Assembly: GCA_963828735.1 (NCBI GenBank)
Contig: CAWHFW010000007.1
Coordinates: 1-52,276 of the forward strand
DNA length: 52,276 bases
Reading direction: 5' to 3'
Origin: an uncultured Gemmatimonadales bacterium
Lineage (GTDB): Bacteria > Gemmatimonadota > Gemmatimonadetes > Gemmatimonadales > GWC2-71-9
The position numbers and the translations under genes were made by a program. The notes beneath the pieces are model-generated. The model saw only the letters and a list, made by a program, of their open reading frames with translations. It ran no database searches and was not told the DNA's origin. Each line of letters begins with the position of its first letter. The first letter of the stretch is position 1. This document shows, in pieces, positions 1-11,700 of this stretch.

Positions 1-172
1 GGGCAAATTCGTCCCAGGTTCACTAATGGATTCGGCACAAAGCGTGCGCCATCCTGCTCGCCCCGAAGATGTGGTGGACGTCGAGCTCGCGGCCCATCCG
101 GTGAACAGCACGGCCAGGGTACCTTCGGGGCTGGCGGTGTTCAGCACGCCCTGACGATGAGGCGGACGAACT

Positions 173-1252
173 GTGAGATCAGGCGACTCCGGCTACGTAC
201 TGTTGTGCCTGCTAGGCCTCGCGGCCTGCCGGAGCAGCCCACCGGCGACCGATCTGCGTCAGGACGCCTTCGAGAAGATCGACGTCCACACCCACTACTT
301 CGCCCCGAGAAGCTATCTCGTGCCGATGCTCGCGCGCTGGCACGCTCGGGCGGTGATTCTCAACTATACCATGGGCGAGCCGGACAGCCTGGTGCGCCGC
401 CGTTGGGCCGACGTGCTCGCGCTGGCCCACGCCGCGCCGGATCGGTTCTGGGTGGCGACGACCTTCGATCCGACGGCGATCGACCGCCCCGACTTTGCCG
501 CGCAGGCCCTCGCGCAACTCCGTACGGACTTCGCCGACGGCGCCGTCATGCTCAAGGTCTGGAAGGACCTCGGCCTCATGGTCCGGGATCGGAGCGGCCG
601 ATTCGTGCAGATCGACGACCCGCGGCTCCAGCCGATCTGGGACTTCCTGTCCGCGCGGCACATCCCCGTCCTGGAGCACAGCGCCGACCCGCGCGAGGGC
701 TGGCGGGTGCTCGACCCGACCAGCCCCAACTACGAATACTTCCGCACCAACCCCGACCACTATCCCTACCTCCATCCGGAGGTGCCGCGGTGGGAGACCG
801 TGATCGCCGCCCGGGATCGCTGGCTGGGCCGTAACCCGGGCCTCACCGTCATCGGCGCTCACTTCGGCAGCATGGCCGACGATCTCGATGGCCTGAGCCG
901 ATGCCTCGACTCGTTCCCCAACTTCAACGTGGACGTGGCCGATCGGCTCGGCGACATCGAGCGGCTGCCGGTCGAGCGGGTCCGCCGGTTCTTCCTCGCC
1001 TATCCGGACCGCATCCTCTTCGGCACCGACCGCTCGACCTCGGGCGCGGAGGCCGGCATCGCTCCGGCGGCGTTACGGGAGGAGCAGCAGCAGGCCGAGC
1101 GTCAGTACGCCGGATGGTGGCAGTACACCAGCCGCACGCTTCGATTGCCGGCGCCCGTGCTGACCAAGTTCTTCTCCGGGAACGCCCGCCGCCTGCTGCA
1201 TCTCTCCGATCGATCGGTTCGGTCATCCAGTCCAGCCCCAGTGCCCATTTGA
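173..1252 (+). CDS. Amidohydrolase family (amidohydro_2-like) protein, probable lipoprotein
   Basis: IDVHTH metal motif, AHFG, RILFGTD and C-terminal GNARRLL; N-terminal LLGLAAC lipobox. Confidence 0.8.
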   Translation: MRSGDSGYVLLCLLGLAACRSSPPATDLRQDAFEKIDVHTHYFAPRSYLVPMLARWHARAVILNYTMGEPDSLVRRRWADVLALAHAAPDRFWVATTFDPTAIDRPDFAAQALAQLRTDFADGAVMLKVWKDLGLMVRDRSGRFVQIDDPRLQPIWDFLSARHIPVLEHSADPREGWRVLDPTSPNYEYFRTNPDHYPYLHPEVPRWETVIAARDRWLGRNPGLTVIGAHFGSMADDLDGLSRCLDSFPNFNVDVADRLGDIERLPVERVRRFFLAYPDRILFGTDRSTSGAEAGIAPAALREEQQQAERQYAGWWQYTSRTLRLPAPVLTKFFSGNARRLLHLSDRSVRSSSPAPVPI

Positions 1253-1275
1253 TGCGCGGAGGTCACCGTTCACCC

Positions 1276-2827
1276 ATGGGACAGCAGGATTCCCGCTCAC
1301 CCGAGACGCTCGCCCCTCCCGCCTCCCGCACGTTCGCCATCCTCCTCGGCCTGATGCTGTTCGCGCTGGCGGTGCATCTGCCGGCGCGGCTGGGCGACCT
1401 GTATGGGGAGCAGGACGTCGCGCGGCTGGTCGACAGCGCGCTCCTCTGGAAGCGCGCCGGTCTCCGCACGGAGGCCCTGTCGCAGTACCTGTACTACACC
1501 AGCCCGGCCTACATCTACCTGATCACCGTGCTGCTCCCCGGGACCCTCGGCAGCCTGGCGCCCGCGGCATCGGCGCTCAACGCGATCAATCTGATCGCCG
1601 CGGTGGTCATCCCGGTGCCGCTGTACCTGCTCTTTCGGCGGATCGCCGGCCACCCGGCTGCCCTGATCGCGACGCTGTTCCTCACCCTCGTTCCCGCCTT
1701 CTGGCACGGCGGTCTGTACGGGTTCCCCACCCTGCTCGCCGCGCTGTTCATGGTCCTGGCCGTCTGGCTCTTCGACCGCTGGCTGGTCGGCCACGGCGGC
1801 GATGGTGCCGGCAGCGCCGACCCTGCTCGCCTGCGTGCTCTGCCTGACGGCGGCGATCCTGCTCAAGGCGGACGTCTATCTCAGCGCGGTCGCGCTCTGG
1901 GGGCTGCTGCTCTATCGCCGGCGGTGGTCGGGTCGCACGGTTGCGCTGCTCGCGCTGATGGAGGCGGTGCCGATCGCGGTGTGGTACGGTGTGGTCAGGG
2001 GGCTGCTGCAGGCATCACCCGGCGCGCTGGTCTACGCGGGGACGTGGACGCGCACCTTTCCGGCCCAGCCCTCCCACGCCTTTACCGCGGAGCACGCGGT
2101 GCAGCTCGTGAAGAGCTTCGGGGCCCTCACCCTGCCGGTGTTCGCCGTGGCGCTGCTCCTGCTGGTGCGGTCGCGCCGGTACGCGCTGGCCGCCTTGCTC
2201 CTGACATGGGCCTCGCTGCCGGTGGCGTTCTGGTTCGTCCGCCCGGGGGACAGCGCCCGCCACCACTTCCCGTCCACCATTCCCGTGGCCCTGGGCGTCG
2301 GGATCGTCCTCGCTCGGCTCCGCACGCCCTGGCGGTACGCCGCCCTCGCCCTGCTCGCCGCGGTGAACTACTGGGCATTCCCGCCGAACGCCTCGACGGT
2401 CGTCACCAGCGGAAACCTGATCCGGAGCGGGCGCCTGACCGCGCGCGCGGTCGCCGTGGACCAGCGACTCGCCCGCGCCTTCGCCGACCGCGCCGAGCCC
2501 CGGGCGGCGTTCCTGGGCACCTACACCGATCCGTACGTCGAGGACCAGGTGCTCTCGCTGGCCGACAGCGTGACCCGGGTGCGACCCATCGTGCGGTTCG
2601 CGGTGGACGCCACGGAGATCGACTATCTCCGCGACGGGCAGGAGCGCGTCGCGGTCATCGTTGCGCTGCCGGACCCGCTGCCGCCCGGTCGAGAGACGGC
2701 GGCGGTGGCGGCGGCCTATCGCGACGCCGGGTACGCCGTGTACTCGACCGAGCTCTACGGCGACATGGGGCGTCGCCGCCCCTCCCACTGGGACCTTCGC
2801 CTCTCGGAGCTCACGCTCCGAAACTGA
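1276..2827 (+). CDS. Polytopic membrane glycosyltransferase-like protein (GT-C/PMT-ArnT-like); apparent frameshift near 1790-1802
   Basis: Hydrophobic helices in the frame from ATG 1276 (EQDVARL, YTSPAYIYL) continue in ORF 1802-2827; convergent with a GT2 gene. Confidence 0.6.
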
Positions 2828-3765
2828 CCGGGCGCATCCGTCGTGGCCTCGACCAGGAACGGTGGGCGGCCCTTGCTGGCCAGGTAGACCCGTCCGAGGT
2901 ACTCGCCGATGAGGCCAAGCAGAATGAACTGCACGCCGAACAGGAGCGTCGTCACGCCGACCGCCGACGCCCAGCCCGGCACGGTCCGCCCCCGCTCGGC
3001 CTGGATCAGGACGTACCCCAGCTCGAGAAAAGCCAGACACGCGGTCGCGAGGCCGAGCCCGGTGCCGATGCGGAGCGGGGTGAGGGAGAAGGCGGTCACG
3101 CCCGACACGGCGAGCCGTACCATCTTGCGGAGGGAGTACTTGGTCTCGCCTGCATGGCGCGGCGCCGCGTCGAACGGCAGGGTGACGCTCCGGAGTCCGG
3201 TCCAGCCGATCAATCCCCGGAGGAAGTACTCCCCTTCCTGGAGCGCCAGCAGGTAGTCCACCACCTGGCGGCCCATCAGCCGGAACTCGCCGGTGCCGGC
3301 CGCCATCGGCACGCCCGTCAAGGTCGAGAACATCCGGTAGAACATCGCCGAGGTGGTGCGCTTGAACCGGCCGACATCCGCCGAGTCGGATCGGCGGGTC
3401 AGCACGAGCGGTGTTCCGGCCAGCCAGTGCCGCACCATGACCGGAATCAGCGCGGGGGGATGCTGCAGATCGGCGTCCATGGTCACCACCGCCTCGCCGC
3501 GCGCGTGCTTCAGCCCGGCCAGGATGGCCGCCTGCTGGCCAAAGCTGCGGGCCAAACGGACCCCGTGGACCCTCGGGTCACGTTGCGCGATCCGGCAGAT
3601 GGCCGACCAGGTGCCGTCGGTGCTGCCGTCATCCACCAGCACGAGCTGGTACTGCCACGGCTCCGAATGGAGCTGAAAGCGGATGGCGCGGTACAGCGGC
3701 TCGATGTTGGGCTCTTCGTTGTGACAGGGCGCGACGATGGAGACGAGAGGTGGGCGATCCGGCAT
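2755..3765 (-). CDS. Glycosyltransferase family 2, GtrB/ArnC-like polyprenol-phosphate glycosyltransferase
   Basis: VSIVAPCHNEE, VDDGSTD, RSFGQQAA, MDADLQHPP, two C-terminal TM helices, GLIGEYLGRVY. Confidence 0.9.
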   Translation of the reverse strand: MPDRPPLVSIVAPCHNEEPNIEPLYRAIRFQLHSEPWQYQLVLVDDGSTDGTWSAICRIAQRDPRVHGVRLARSFGQQAAILAGLKHARGEAVVTMDADLQHPPALIPVMVRHWLAGTPLVLTRRSDSADVGRFKRTTSAMFYRMFSTLTGVPMAAGTGEFRLMGRQVVDYLLALQEGEYFLRGLIGWTGLRSVTLPFDAAPRHAGETKYSLRKMVRLAVSGVTAFSLTPLRIGTGLGLATACLAFLELGYVLIQAERGRTVPGWASAVGVTTLLFGVQFILLGLIGEYLGRVYLASKGRPPFLVEATTDAPGQFRSVSSERRRSQWEGRRRPMSP

Positions 3766-3887
3766 CACTCGCGCCTTTTGGCCAGGGAGCCTTCAGAGCG
3801 GTCCGACGAGGGTTCTTGCAGGATATGGGCCCCGACGCCAACCGATCGCCATTCCCTCACCTGCGGGTGGCCGTGTATCGTCACCCA

Positions 3888-5202
3888 ATGCACCAAGCCC
3901 CGACGCCCGACGTCTCCGCGATCCAGCGCCGCACGGTCCGCCTGCTGTTCTTCACCCAGGCCATCGCCGGTGTCGGCATCGCCGTCGGCGGGTCGGTCGG
4001 CGCGCTGCTGGCGGCGGATATCGCCGGGGTGGGACTGTCGGGCGCCGCCCAGAGCGCCAACGTCGTGGGCGCCGCCCTCTTCGCCGTGCCGGCTGCGGCC
4101 ATCGTGGAGCGCCGCGGCCGCCGGCCCAGCCTCGCGGCCGGTTATGCCCTGGCGGCAGTGGGGGCGCTGCTCGTGGTCGTCGCCGCGGCGCGCGACTCGG
4201 TGCCGGTCCTGTTTGCCGGCCTCTTCCTCTTCGGCGGCGCCAGCGCCGCGGGATACCAGGCGCGCTACGCCGCGGTGGACCTCGCCACCGACGCGCTCCG
4301 CGGGCGGCATCTCTCGCTGGTCGTCTGGGCGACGACGCTGGGTGCGGTCGTCGGTCCGAGCCTCGCGGCGCCCGCGGGCGAGGCGCTCAACCACTTCGGG
4401 GTGCCCATGCTGGCCGGCCCGTTCTTCTTCTCCGCCCTGCTGTTCCTGCTCTCGACCGTGGTGCTGCTCCTGCTTCTCGAGGCCGGACCCCGCCGTGGTG
4501 GCGCGAGCCATGGTCGAGGCGCCGCTCGCGGCAGGCGGCGGGGTGGGCGCGGCGCTGCCGGTCGTCCTGTCACGGCCCTCGGCCCGGCTGGGTGTCGCTG
4601 CCATGGCGGCCGGGCATGTGGTGATGGTCGGGGTGATGACCATGACCCCGGTGCACATCCGGAGCGCGGGGCACGACGCGGCGCACACGCTGCGGCTGGT
4701 AGGGCTGGTCCTGAGCGCGCACATCGCGGGGATGTTCGCCTTCGCGCCGGTGTTCGGCTGGCTGACCGACCGGATCGGCCGGCGGCCGGTGGTCGGCATC
4801 GGGATCCTGCTCCTGCTCCTCGCGTGCGGGGTGGCGGGCACCGCCGGGCACGACCCGGCGCGGCTCGCCGCGGGGCTTACGCTGGTCGGGCTCGGCTGGT
4901 CGGCCGCGATGGTGGCCGGCTCCACGCTGCTGAGCGAGGGCGTGCCGGCCGAGCTGCGCGCGTCGGCGCAGGGACTGTCGGACCTCACGATGGGACTGGC
5001 GGGGGCGACGGCGGGGGCGCTGTCGGGCGTGGTGGTCGAGCATTGGGGATATCCGACGCTGACGCTACTCGCGGCGCTCGCCACGGCACCGCTCGTCGTG
5101 CTCCTGCTCGGCGGGATCGCCACGAATACCGCGCCGCCAGGCCCACCGCGTCGAGGCTCGCAGCCGGAGCCACAGGCGATCGGAGACTCGCAGGCCGCGT
5201 AG
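3888..5202 (+). CDS. MFS transporter; apparent frameshift near 4480
   Basis: N-half (ERRGRRPSL motif A) in ORF 3750 frame from ATG 3888; C-half (GWLTDRIGRRPV) in ORF 901 frame; about 12 TM helices when joined. Confidence 0.85.
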
Positions 5203-5275
5203 CCGGAGGCCGGATGTCTCCACGTTCCACGAGGAAGGCGGACGGGCAGCACATCCGCCACCGGCTCGATCCCGC

Positions 5276-5742
5276 TCAGATCCCGAAGTCGAGCTCCAAC
5301 TCGGCTCCCTGGTTGTCGCTGCAGAAGTCGTAATGGGTAATCATCACCGCGCCGTTGAACTCAGCCTGGAACTGGTCCCCCCACGCCTCTGATGTGAACT
5401 GCACTTCGGCGCCGTTCTGCTGGTACCGCCCGTGATCCTGAAAGCCGTCGGGGGCGCCGTGGTCATTCGTGTAGCTGACGGCCATCTCGAATGTGCCGTT
5501 GGCGTTCAGGGTCAGGCTGCCGTTGGTGAACAGAGCCGGGGCGCAGATGTTCGAGGTGACGGTTGTCGGCAAGGTCTCGTTGTTGGCGCCTACCAGCTGG
5601 TAGTCACCCTCGAGGCCCCCGCCACCGCCGCACCACCGCCAGGACCAGTCCCGCCGCTGCCGCCGCCGCAAGCCGCCACCAAACACAGTACGGACCACGC
5701 CGCGGCGATGCGCCGCCACTTGCCGATGATGTCGAGCCCCAT
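5276..5742 (-). CDS. Hypothetical lipoprotein with Gly-rich linker; apparent frameshift near 5630
   Basis: GGAGG RBS then ATG 5742 gives MGLDIIGKWRRIAAAWSVLCLVAAC-GGGSGG; beta-rich body GDYQLVGANNETLP...ELDFGI in the 5276-5719 frame. Confidence 0.6.
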
Positions 5743-5798
5743 CTGTTCCTCCTAGTGGAGTTGGTTGGTACCTGTCACGAGGAGATACGCAGGGGGGA

Positions 5799-6155
5799 GT
5801 GGGGGAGTCTCACGAAGGGGGCGGGAGAAGAGACACGGTCGCGCGAATCCCGACCGGGAGCGGGTGCGTGACCGTGCAGGGCGAATCGATCGACTACGTC
5901 GGCGACGTGGACGAGTTCACCTTCCCGGCCACCCGGTCAGACGAGCACGCCTTCCTGCAGACCCCGGTCGGCTTTCCGGGTGGGCCCGCGGTGCTCGAGG
6001 TGGTGGAGCCAGGCACCGGGACGATGCTGGGGAGCGCGGAATCTTCGGCGAGAGCTCCTATCTCCGTTGGCTCCCCGACGGCTCGATCCTATTCACTGTC
6101 TGGGAGACCCAGGAGACGGCGACCCCCTATCGCTTGCGTGGACCTGGCTGACTGA
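5799..6155 (+). pseudogene. Decayed gene fragments
   Basis: Short protein-like stretches in two frames (TVQGESIDYVGDVDEFTF; LRWLPDGSILFTVWET) without a coherent ORF. Confidence 0.25.
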
Positions 6156-6337
6156 ACGGCTCGGCACGGTGCCCCGGCCGGTCACGAGCTTCGGCGCCTC
6201 CAGCGATCTTCGCCGAGCCACAGTGGTCACCCGCGAGTACCACGGGGACGCGTGGATGAGCCGGGTCGTCCGGCCGTAGCTTATCGAGGCGTCACCCCCA
6301 TCCTCACGCTTGGCTGACCCCGCTGATAGCTTCCGGC

Positions 6338-6955
6338 ATGAACGAACCGCACATGCCACCGCCCACCAGCCCCTTCGATGCCCTGGCCGGCGACTTCGCC
6401 GCCCTGGTGCGCCGGCACGACCCGGCTTGGACCGGCTTCAGCTCCCATGATCCCGGCGTGACGCTGCTCGAGATCGGGGCGTGGATCACGGAGCGACTCG
6501 GAGGGACGGCGGCTCGCAGCGACCCCTACCGCAACTTCAACTTCCGGGTCAAGCTCGACGGTAGCGTGGTGGCGGGGGTCAGCAAGGTGTCCGCGCTGCG
6601 CCGATCGACCGAGGTGGTGGATTACCGGGAAGGCGGCGCACCAGACTTGGTAGAGCGCATCCCTGGGAGTCTGGTCTACTCGCCCTTCCTCCTGGAGCGC
6701 CCGCTCGGTGCGGACACCACCTTCGAAGACTGGGCGGACCTGGTGCGCGATCGGGCGGCCGGTTCCGCGGCCGCGGCCGGTTACCGGAAGAACGTTCGGA
6801 TCGAAATCCTGGACGAAGCCGGGCGGCTCTCCCTTGCCTACGACGTGCCGGGATGCTGGCCCATCGCGTACCGCGTGCTGCCCGACCTCACCGAAAGCCT
6901 GACGCTGCTGCCGGAAGCGTGGCAGCGCGACCGCAGTGTGAAGCCAGGGAGCTGA
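6338..6955 (+). CDS. Phage/eCIS tail-tube (T4 gp19-like) protein fused to a baseplate-J-like N-terminal segment
   Basis: DPYRNFNFRVKLDG-VAGVSKVSALRRSTEVVDYREGG, LER, FEDWA, RKNVRIEILDEAG, CWP match eCIS tube proteins; PAWTGFSSHDPGVTLLEIGAWITE matches the baseplate WTDxNxSDPGxTLLE motif. Confidence 0.85.
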   Translation: MNEPHMPPPTSPFDALAGDFAALVRRHDPAWTGFSSHDPGVTLLEIGAWITERLGGTAARSDPYRNFNFRVKLDGSVVAGVSKVSALRRSTEVVDYREGGAPDLVERIPGSLVYSPFLLERPLGADTTFEDWADLVRDRAAGSAAAAGYRKNVRIEILDEAGRLSLAYDVPGCWPIAYRVLPDLTESLTLLPEAWQRDRSVKPGS

Positions 6956-7216
6956 CCGAGGGGAAGTGGGCGCGGTCGGCGGTCCAACCCCCTGCGGCGG
7001 TCCTACCCCCCTTGGATACCCGCATCTCTTGAGACAATTCCTCCACCACGCAGTCGTCTAGTCATGAGGGACCCCGTCTGCCAATCGGGCGTACCGTGAT
7101 ATCCGGCGGCACTGTCCTGGACGGTCTCGGCCCATCGAGTATCGCTGGATCCTGCGCGGGAAGCCAATGCTCCGATCCCGTCGCAGGTGCCCCGCTTTGC
7201 CCGAGGAGGCCGCACC

Positions 7217-8761
7217 ATGCAACTCCGCGTAGATGTCAACCTGCACACCCTGCACTGCATCACGCCCACCGATCCATCCGGCGAGGACGAGCCGTACATG
7301 TGGGTCTACTACATAAGGATGGACGGCGACACCGTCCGACAGAGTACTGTGACTCCAACGCGGCTCTCCGCGGCCGTGGAGGTGTCGAGCGGGCCAGGCC
7401 GGCCGGGGAACCTCCTCGTGGACGAGGTAGGTAGCGGGGCGAACATCCGCATCCCCACCGATGTGGGTGCGCACTCCGCCCAACTGCGTCCCATCGTGCT
7501 GCAGCTGACAGTCGGCGGGACCGAGCGCCGTTTGTTCCTGCCTGGCGTCCTCTTCGTCGCAGCGGTGCTGATCGACGAGGAGTCGGTACCGCGGGACGCC
7601 ATGGAGGGCGCGCACGAAGACGTGCGCCTGCTTCTCAAGCAGCGGCTGGACGACTTCTTCAACGCGCTCGACCTCCAGCCGCTCATACAGCAGGCGATTG
7701 CGGCCGGTGACATCGCACCGGCCATGCAGGCATTGCTCGCGCAGCTCACGGCGTTCATCGGCAATCAGAACAGCGGCCTTGTGAAGGAGGCGATCGACGC
7801 CGCCATCCAGTCAGCCATGATCTCCGTCATGTCGAGCTGGAACCCGATCGAGCACGTCGCCTCCGCTCTCGACCCCGACGAACCGGTCGGTACCGCGACG
7901 CTGATGGTACGAGAGGATGCCTTCATTGCCGCGAACCTGACCCAGGACGGTACCCAGGATGTCCGACAGTCCCGGACGGGGCTCGGGGGCGCGTGGTACG
8001 TCGTCAACGGCGGCGCCGGAGGCGAGCTGGCCTTCACCCAGGCCGACGCCGTAATCCGCATGCAGGCGCAGCCTCCGGTGGAGGCCGACAACGGCACGCA
8101 TGTCTTCCACACCGGGAAGCTCTGCATCGCGGAGGGCACGAGCGTCACATGGGTCCGGATGAACCACACGCTCACCTATGACGTGTCGATCGAGTATCCC
8201 TTCGCCGCTTTCGAGTTCCTGCTCGATGGCCAGCTCCTGGCGGCGAATCAAGGCGTCGCGCGGATCTCGAAGGAGGTCTCGCTACCGGAGTTCGACCCCG
8301 ACACGTACAAGTTCATGCGCTGGCGACAGGAGACGCGCACCGTCGAGGTGACGTTCGCGCGCACGGCCGACCCCGGGGCCCCGCAGATTCAGCATCTCAG
8401 GTTGACCAACGCACCGGCGGACGGCAGCTACTGGCTCGACCTCCGGATCAACGCCGTGCTGAATGACGGGCGCCGCTTCTTTGCCGGACAGCATGTGATC
8501 GACTTCGAGGGCAAGACGCTGCACCTGCCCGACGATTTCACGAAGGGGGTCGAGCAGTGTCTCGAGCCGTTGACCAGTAACCGCTTCTCCAAGTCGGTGA
8601 AGGTCGGGCCCAAGGAGCTCTGGGGGCCGTTCGGGCGGCAGCAGCGTTACGAGCAGGTGGCTCAGGCGGTACAGGCGATGGCGGCCGTTCGAGGTCAGGA
8701 TGTGGCGGCCACTGAGGCCGTCATCCGGGCAGTCGCGGCCAGACTCAAGCTGCAACGGTAG
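7217..8761 (+). CDS. Hypothetical protein (~514 aa), no signal peptide
   Basis: Long ORF with GAGGAGG RBS before ATG 7217; N-terminal LHCITPTDPSGEDEPYMWV; closely followed by the next gene. Confidence 0.8.
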   Translation: MQLRVDVNLHTLHCITPTDPSGEDEPYMWVYYIRMDGDTVRQSTVTPTRLSAAVEVSSGPGRPGNLLVDEVGSGANIRIPTDVGAHSAQLRPIVLQLTVGGTERRLFLPGVLFVAAVLIDEESVPRDAMEGAHEDVRLLLKQRLDDFFNALDLQPLIQQAIAAGDIAPAMQALLAQLTAFIGNQNSGLVKEAIDAAIQSAMISVMSSWNPIEHVASALDPDEPVGTATLMVREDAFIAANLTQDGTQDVRQSRTGLGGAWYVVNGGAGGELAFTQADAVIRMQAQPPVEADNGTHVFHTGKLCIAEGTSVTWVRMNHTLTYDVSIEYPFAAFEFLLDGQLLAANQGVARISKEVSLPEFDPDTYKFMRWRQETRTVEVTFARTADPGAPQIQHLRLTNAPADGSYWLDLRINAVLNDGRRFFAGQHVIDFEGKTLHLPDDFTKGVEQCLEPLTSNRFSKSVKVGPKELWGPFGRQQRYEQVAQAVQAMAAVRGQDVAATEAVIRAVAARLKLQR

Positions 8762-8772
8762 CGGAGGTGCCT

Positions 8773-11700
8773 ATGCTGCAACGCACGATTCCAATTGGAC
8801 ACGCGCTCGCCCCCGAAAGCCTCACCTTCGAGGAGCCGGGGAATGCAGTCTGGGCCGCCACCGTGCGGGGCGGGCTGGTAACCGTACGCCTGCTGGATGG
8901 CGCCGTGTCGCAGCTCGGCGGTGGGTACCGCCACCCGGTCGGCGTAGTCCCAATGCACGATGGGCTGACCGTCGCGATCGTCGAGCGAACCGGCCGGATC
9001 TGGGTGGCCCGCCGCGACCAGGCCGCGCGCAGTCGAGCACAGCAGACTGCCGATCTCCCCGGCCGCGTGCTGGCGGCACGCCGTCACCCGGACGCGGGCA
9101 GGCTGCTGGTCCTCACCACGCGTCGCGAGCGCGGCGGCGACGCAGACCCGACGATCTTCGCCGTGAGCCTGGCCGACGGGACGGTGGCGGAGGTTGCGAG
9201 CGGTCTCACTCAGGCGCGCACGTTTGTGTCCGACGACAGTCGGCGCCAGCTCATCGTGCTCGCGGTGACCCCGTCCGGCGTCCGGAAGCTGTCGATCGTC
9301 GCGATCGACGGCGCATCCGTGACACAGGTCCCCGGCAGCGTCGGCAACTTCGAGACGATCGTGCTCGCGCCCGATGCGAGCACACCCGGCGTGATCGGTG
9401 CCTCCGCCGATGCGACGTCGCAAGGCAAACTCGAGCTGATTCGCCTCGACGGCACGCCCGGCCCAACCATGAATCCTGCCCTCCCGATCGTGAGCATGAC
9501 CAGGTGGGGATCACTCCTGCTCCTCGCCTCGGGGACGGACCTCGTCGCGCTCGAGTGGGACCTGGATGGAGGAACGCTTTCGATCGATGCGCCGCTCGGG
9601 CCGCTGTACGTCAACGGCTATGCACGGCTCGCCGTTGCGCTCGCGCCCACCGGGCTCGCGCTCACCGACGTCGAGTTCCTGGTCCGCGAGGGTCCTGAGG
9701 CGGGCTTGGTCTCCGCCGCGGTCGAGCCCCCAGCGCCCGACGGCGCCCGGTCCGTCATGCTCCTCGCCGGGTTCCGCACTGGGGAGTACCACCTGGAGGC
9801 GCGGCGCCGAGCGGACGGGTCCGTCCTCGCCACGCGGCGGTTCCGTGTGACCGCCAGCTGGCCGGATGCTGTCGTCGGGCCGCCGGTCGCGACGATTGGC
9901 CCACGACAGACCATGCGCCTCATGAGCTGGGGTGGTGCCGGGGCAGGGTCCGTTTACATCAAGCCGGCGCCCGAGACGATCCGCGTCGCCGTCGTCCTCG
10001 TTTCGACGAACAGCCGGCGGTGGGGCGCGCTCGAGGTCGGGGCGAAGAGCGCCTGGCGGGATCGGCTGATCGGACCGGGCGACTCGGTAAGGCGCTACTA
10101 TGAGGAAGTCTCCTACCGCGGGACGGCGGGTCCAGTGGGGAGCTCACCCGGCACAACCGTTCAGCTGCTCGGCGATAGGATTCTCGGTCCCGTGGATCTC
10201 CAAGAAGGCTGGGGCGACGTCTTCGAGCCGAAGAAGGGCGGCGGTGTGAACGGCGGGTGGATGTCGACGGCGACGGGCAAGCAGCTTCTGGCCAACGCCA
10301 TCAGCGCCTGGCTGGCCGACCAGCCTGACGGCACGCAGATCCTGGAGCTGGCGGATGCGATCGTCACCGTCGTGCGCTCCGCTTCGGACGCGCCGATCTC
10401 CATGCCTCCTCTCACGCCTATCCCGACGCTCTATGTATGGGGCCACGCCTCGCACATCGACTTCTGGCGCAAGACGGCCACGACGTTCACCCAGGGCCCG
10501 AAGGCGATCACCCTGGTGACCGACGCGTACCCGGCCGCACTCCCGGTCGCACCGATTCTCGAGCACACCGTCTGTCACGAGCTGGGTCACAACATCGGTC
10601 TTGACGACCTGTACGACGCGCACGGAGACTACCCAGCCGAGGTGAACGCGCGCACCCCCGACAACGCAGACCTCATGGCCAGCAGCCGTCCCCTCCCCCA
10701 CTTCTCGATCGCCAACCGAATGCGCCTCGGCTGGGTTCAGGCGGCGTGGCTGCGCCGCTTCGACTTCGCGGCCAGCCCCACAGGGGGGACCGTCACGTTG
10801 CACGCAGCCGAGCGGCTCACCCGCGCCGGGCCGCCGGCCGGCCGTTTCGCGGGAATCGAGGTGCCACTCCAGGACGGCTGGAGCTATTTCTTCGAGCTCC
10901 GCCGGACCCAGGCCGGTCAGATCGGTGATCAGCTGCTGAACAGCCTCAGCGCCAGCCAGCCCTTCGTGCTCGGTACGGATCTCCGGGTCGGTGGCGGCGA
11001 ACCGGCTCGACCACCGATCCTGAGCCTGCCCACCGACGCCGATGGCGATGGCCCGGTGCTCGACACCGCCGGCGAGGATTACAAGGAAAGCGATGTCACC
11101 AACCCGGCGGTCATGCACGACTTCACGCTGCGGGTGCAGTCGCTGGCTATACCGGACGCCGACAGCGCGGTGGTGCAGGTGGACTACATCGGGGCGCATC
11201 GACCACAGCTGCAGATCCGGCCCGCACCGGGGAAAGGCAATTTCAAGAGCCCGGATATCGACGTCGTCGGGACGTTCGGCGCGGTGCTGCCCTGGGTGGT
11301 GAAGGGTGCACCGAACGCCATCCGGATAACCGTTCACAACCTGGGGACACTCGCGGCCACCCAGGTACAGATTCACGTTCGCTGGCTGCCGTTCACGGTT
11401 TCAGCCGGACCGTGGCAGTCGCTCACGGATCCCGCACCGTTCGACGTCCCCGCCCTCGGCCTCACCAGCCTCGTCGTGCCCTGGAACGTGCCGGCCTCGG
11501 TCAAAGTAGGCGATGTGGAGGCAAACCACTTCTGCGTGCGGGTGGAGATCGATCGGTTCCGAGATGCGGCGCATCCCGAACGGGAGGAGATCGTCGTCGC
11601 CGACAACTGGGCCCAATCCAACTTCGATGCCGTCTCGGTTCCCTTCGGCTCGCCGTCCGACCGGATCCGGACAGCGGCCACCCTGAGCAACCCGCTCGGC

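Noticed and set aside
33..47. Sigma54 promoter (GG-N10-GC)
   Set aside because: Spacing fits, but the flanking consensus is weak and chance matches are common at this GC content
901..5202. 1433-aa ORF as a single protein, and the many long antisense or alternative-frame ORFs
   Set aside because: Shadow ORFs of GC-rich DNA; this one links frameshifted halves of two genes across an antisense GT2 gene
6338..6955. Prophage or complete eCIS/T6SS locus
   Set aside because: Only one structural gene; no sheath, spike, capsid, terminase or integrase
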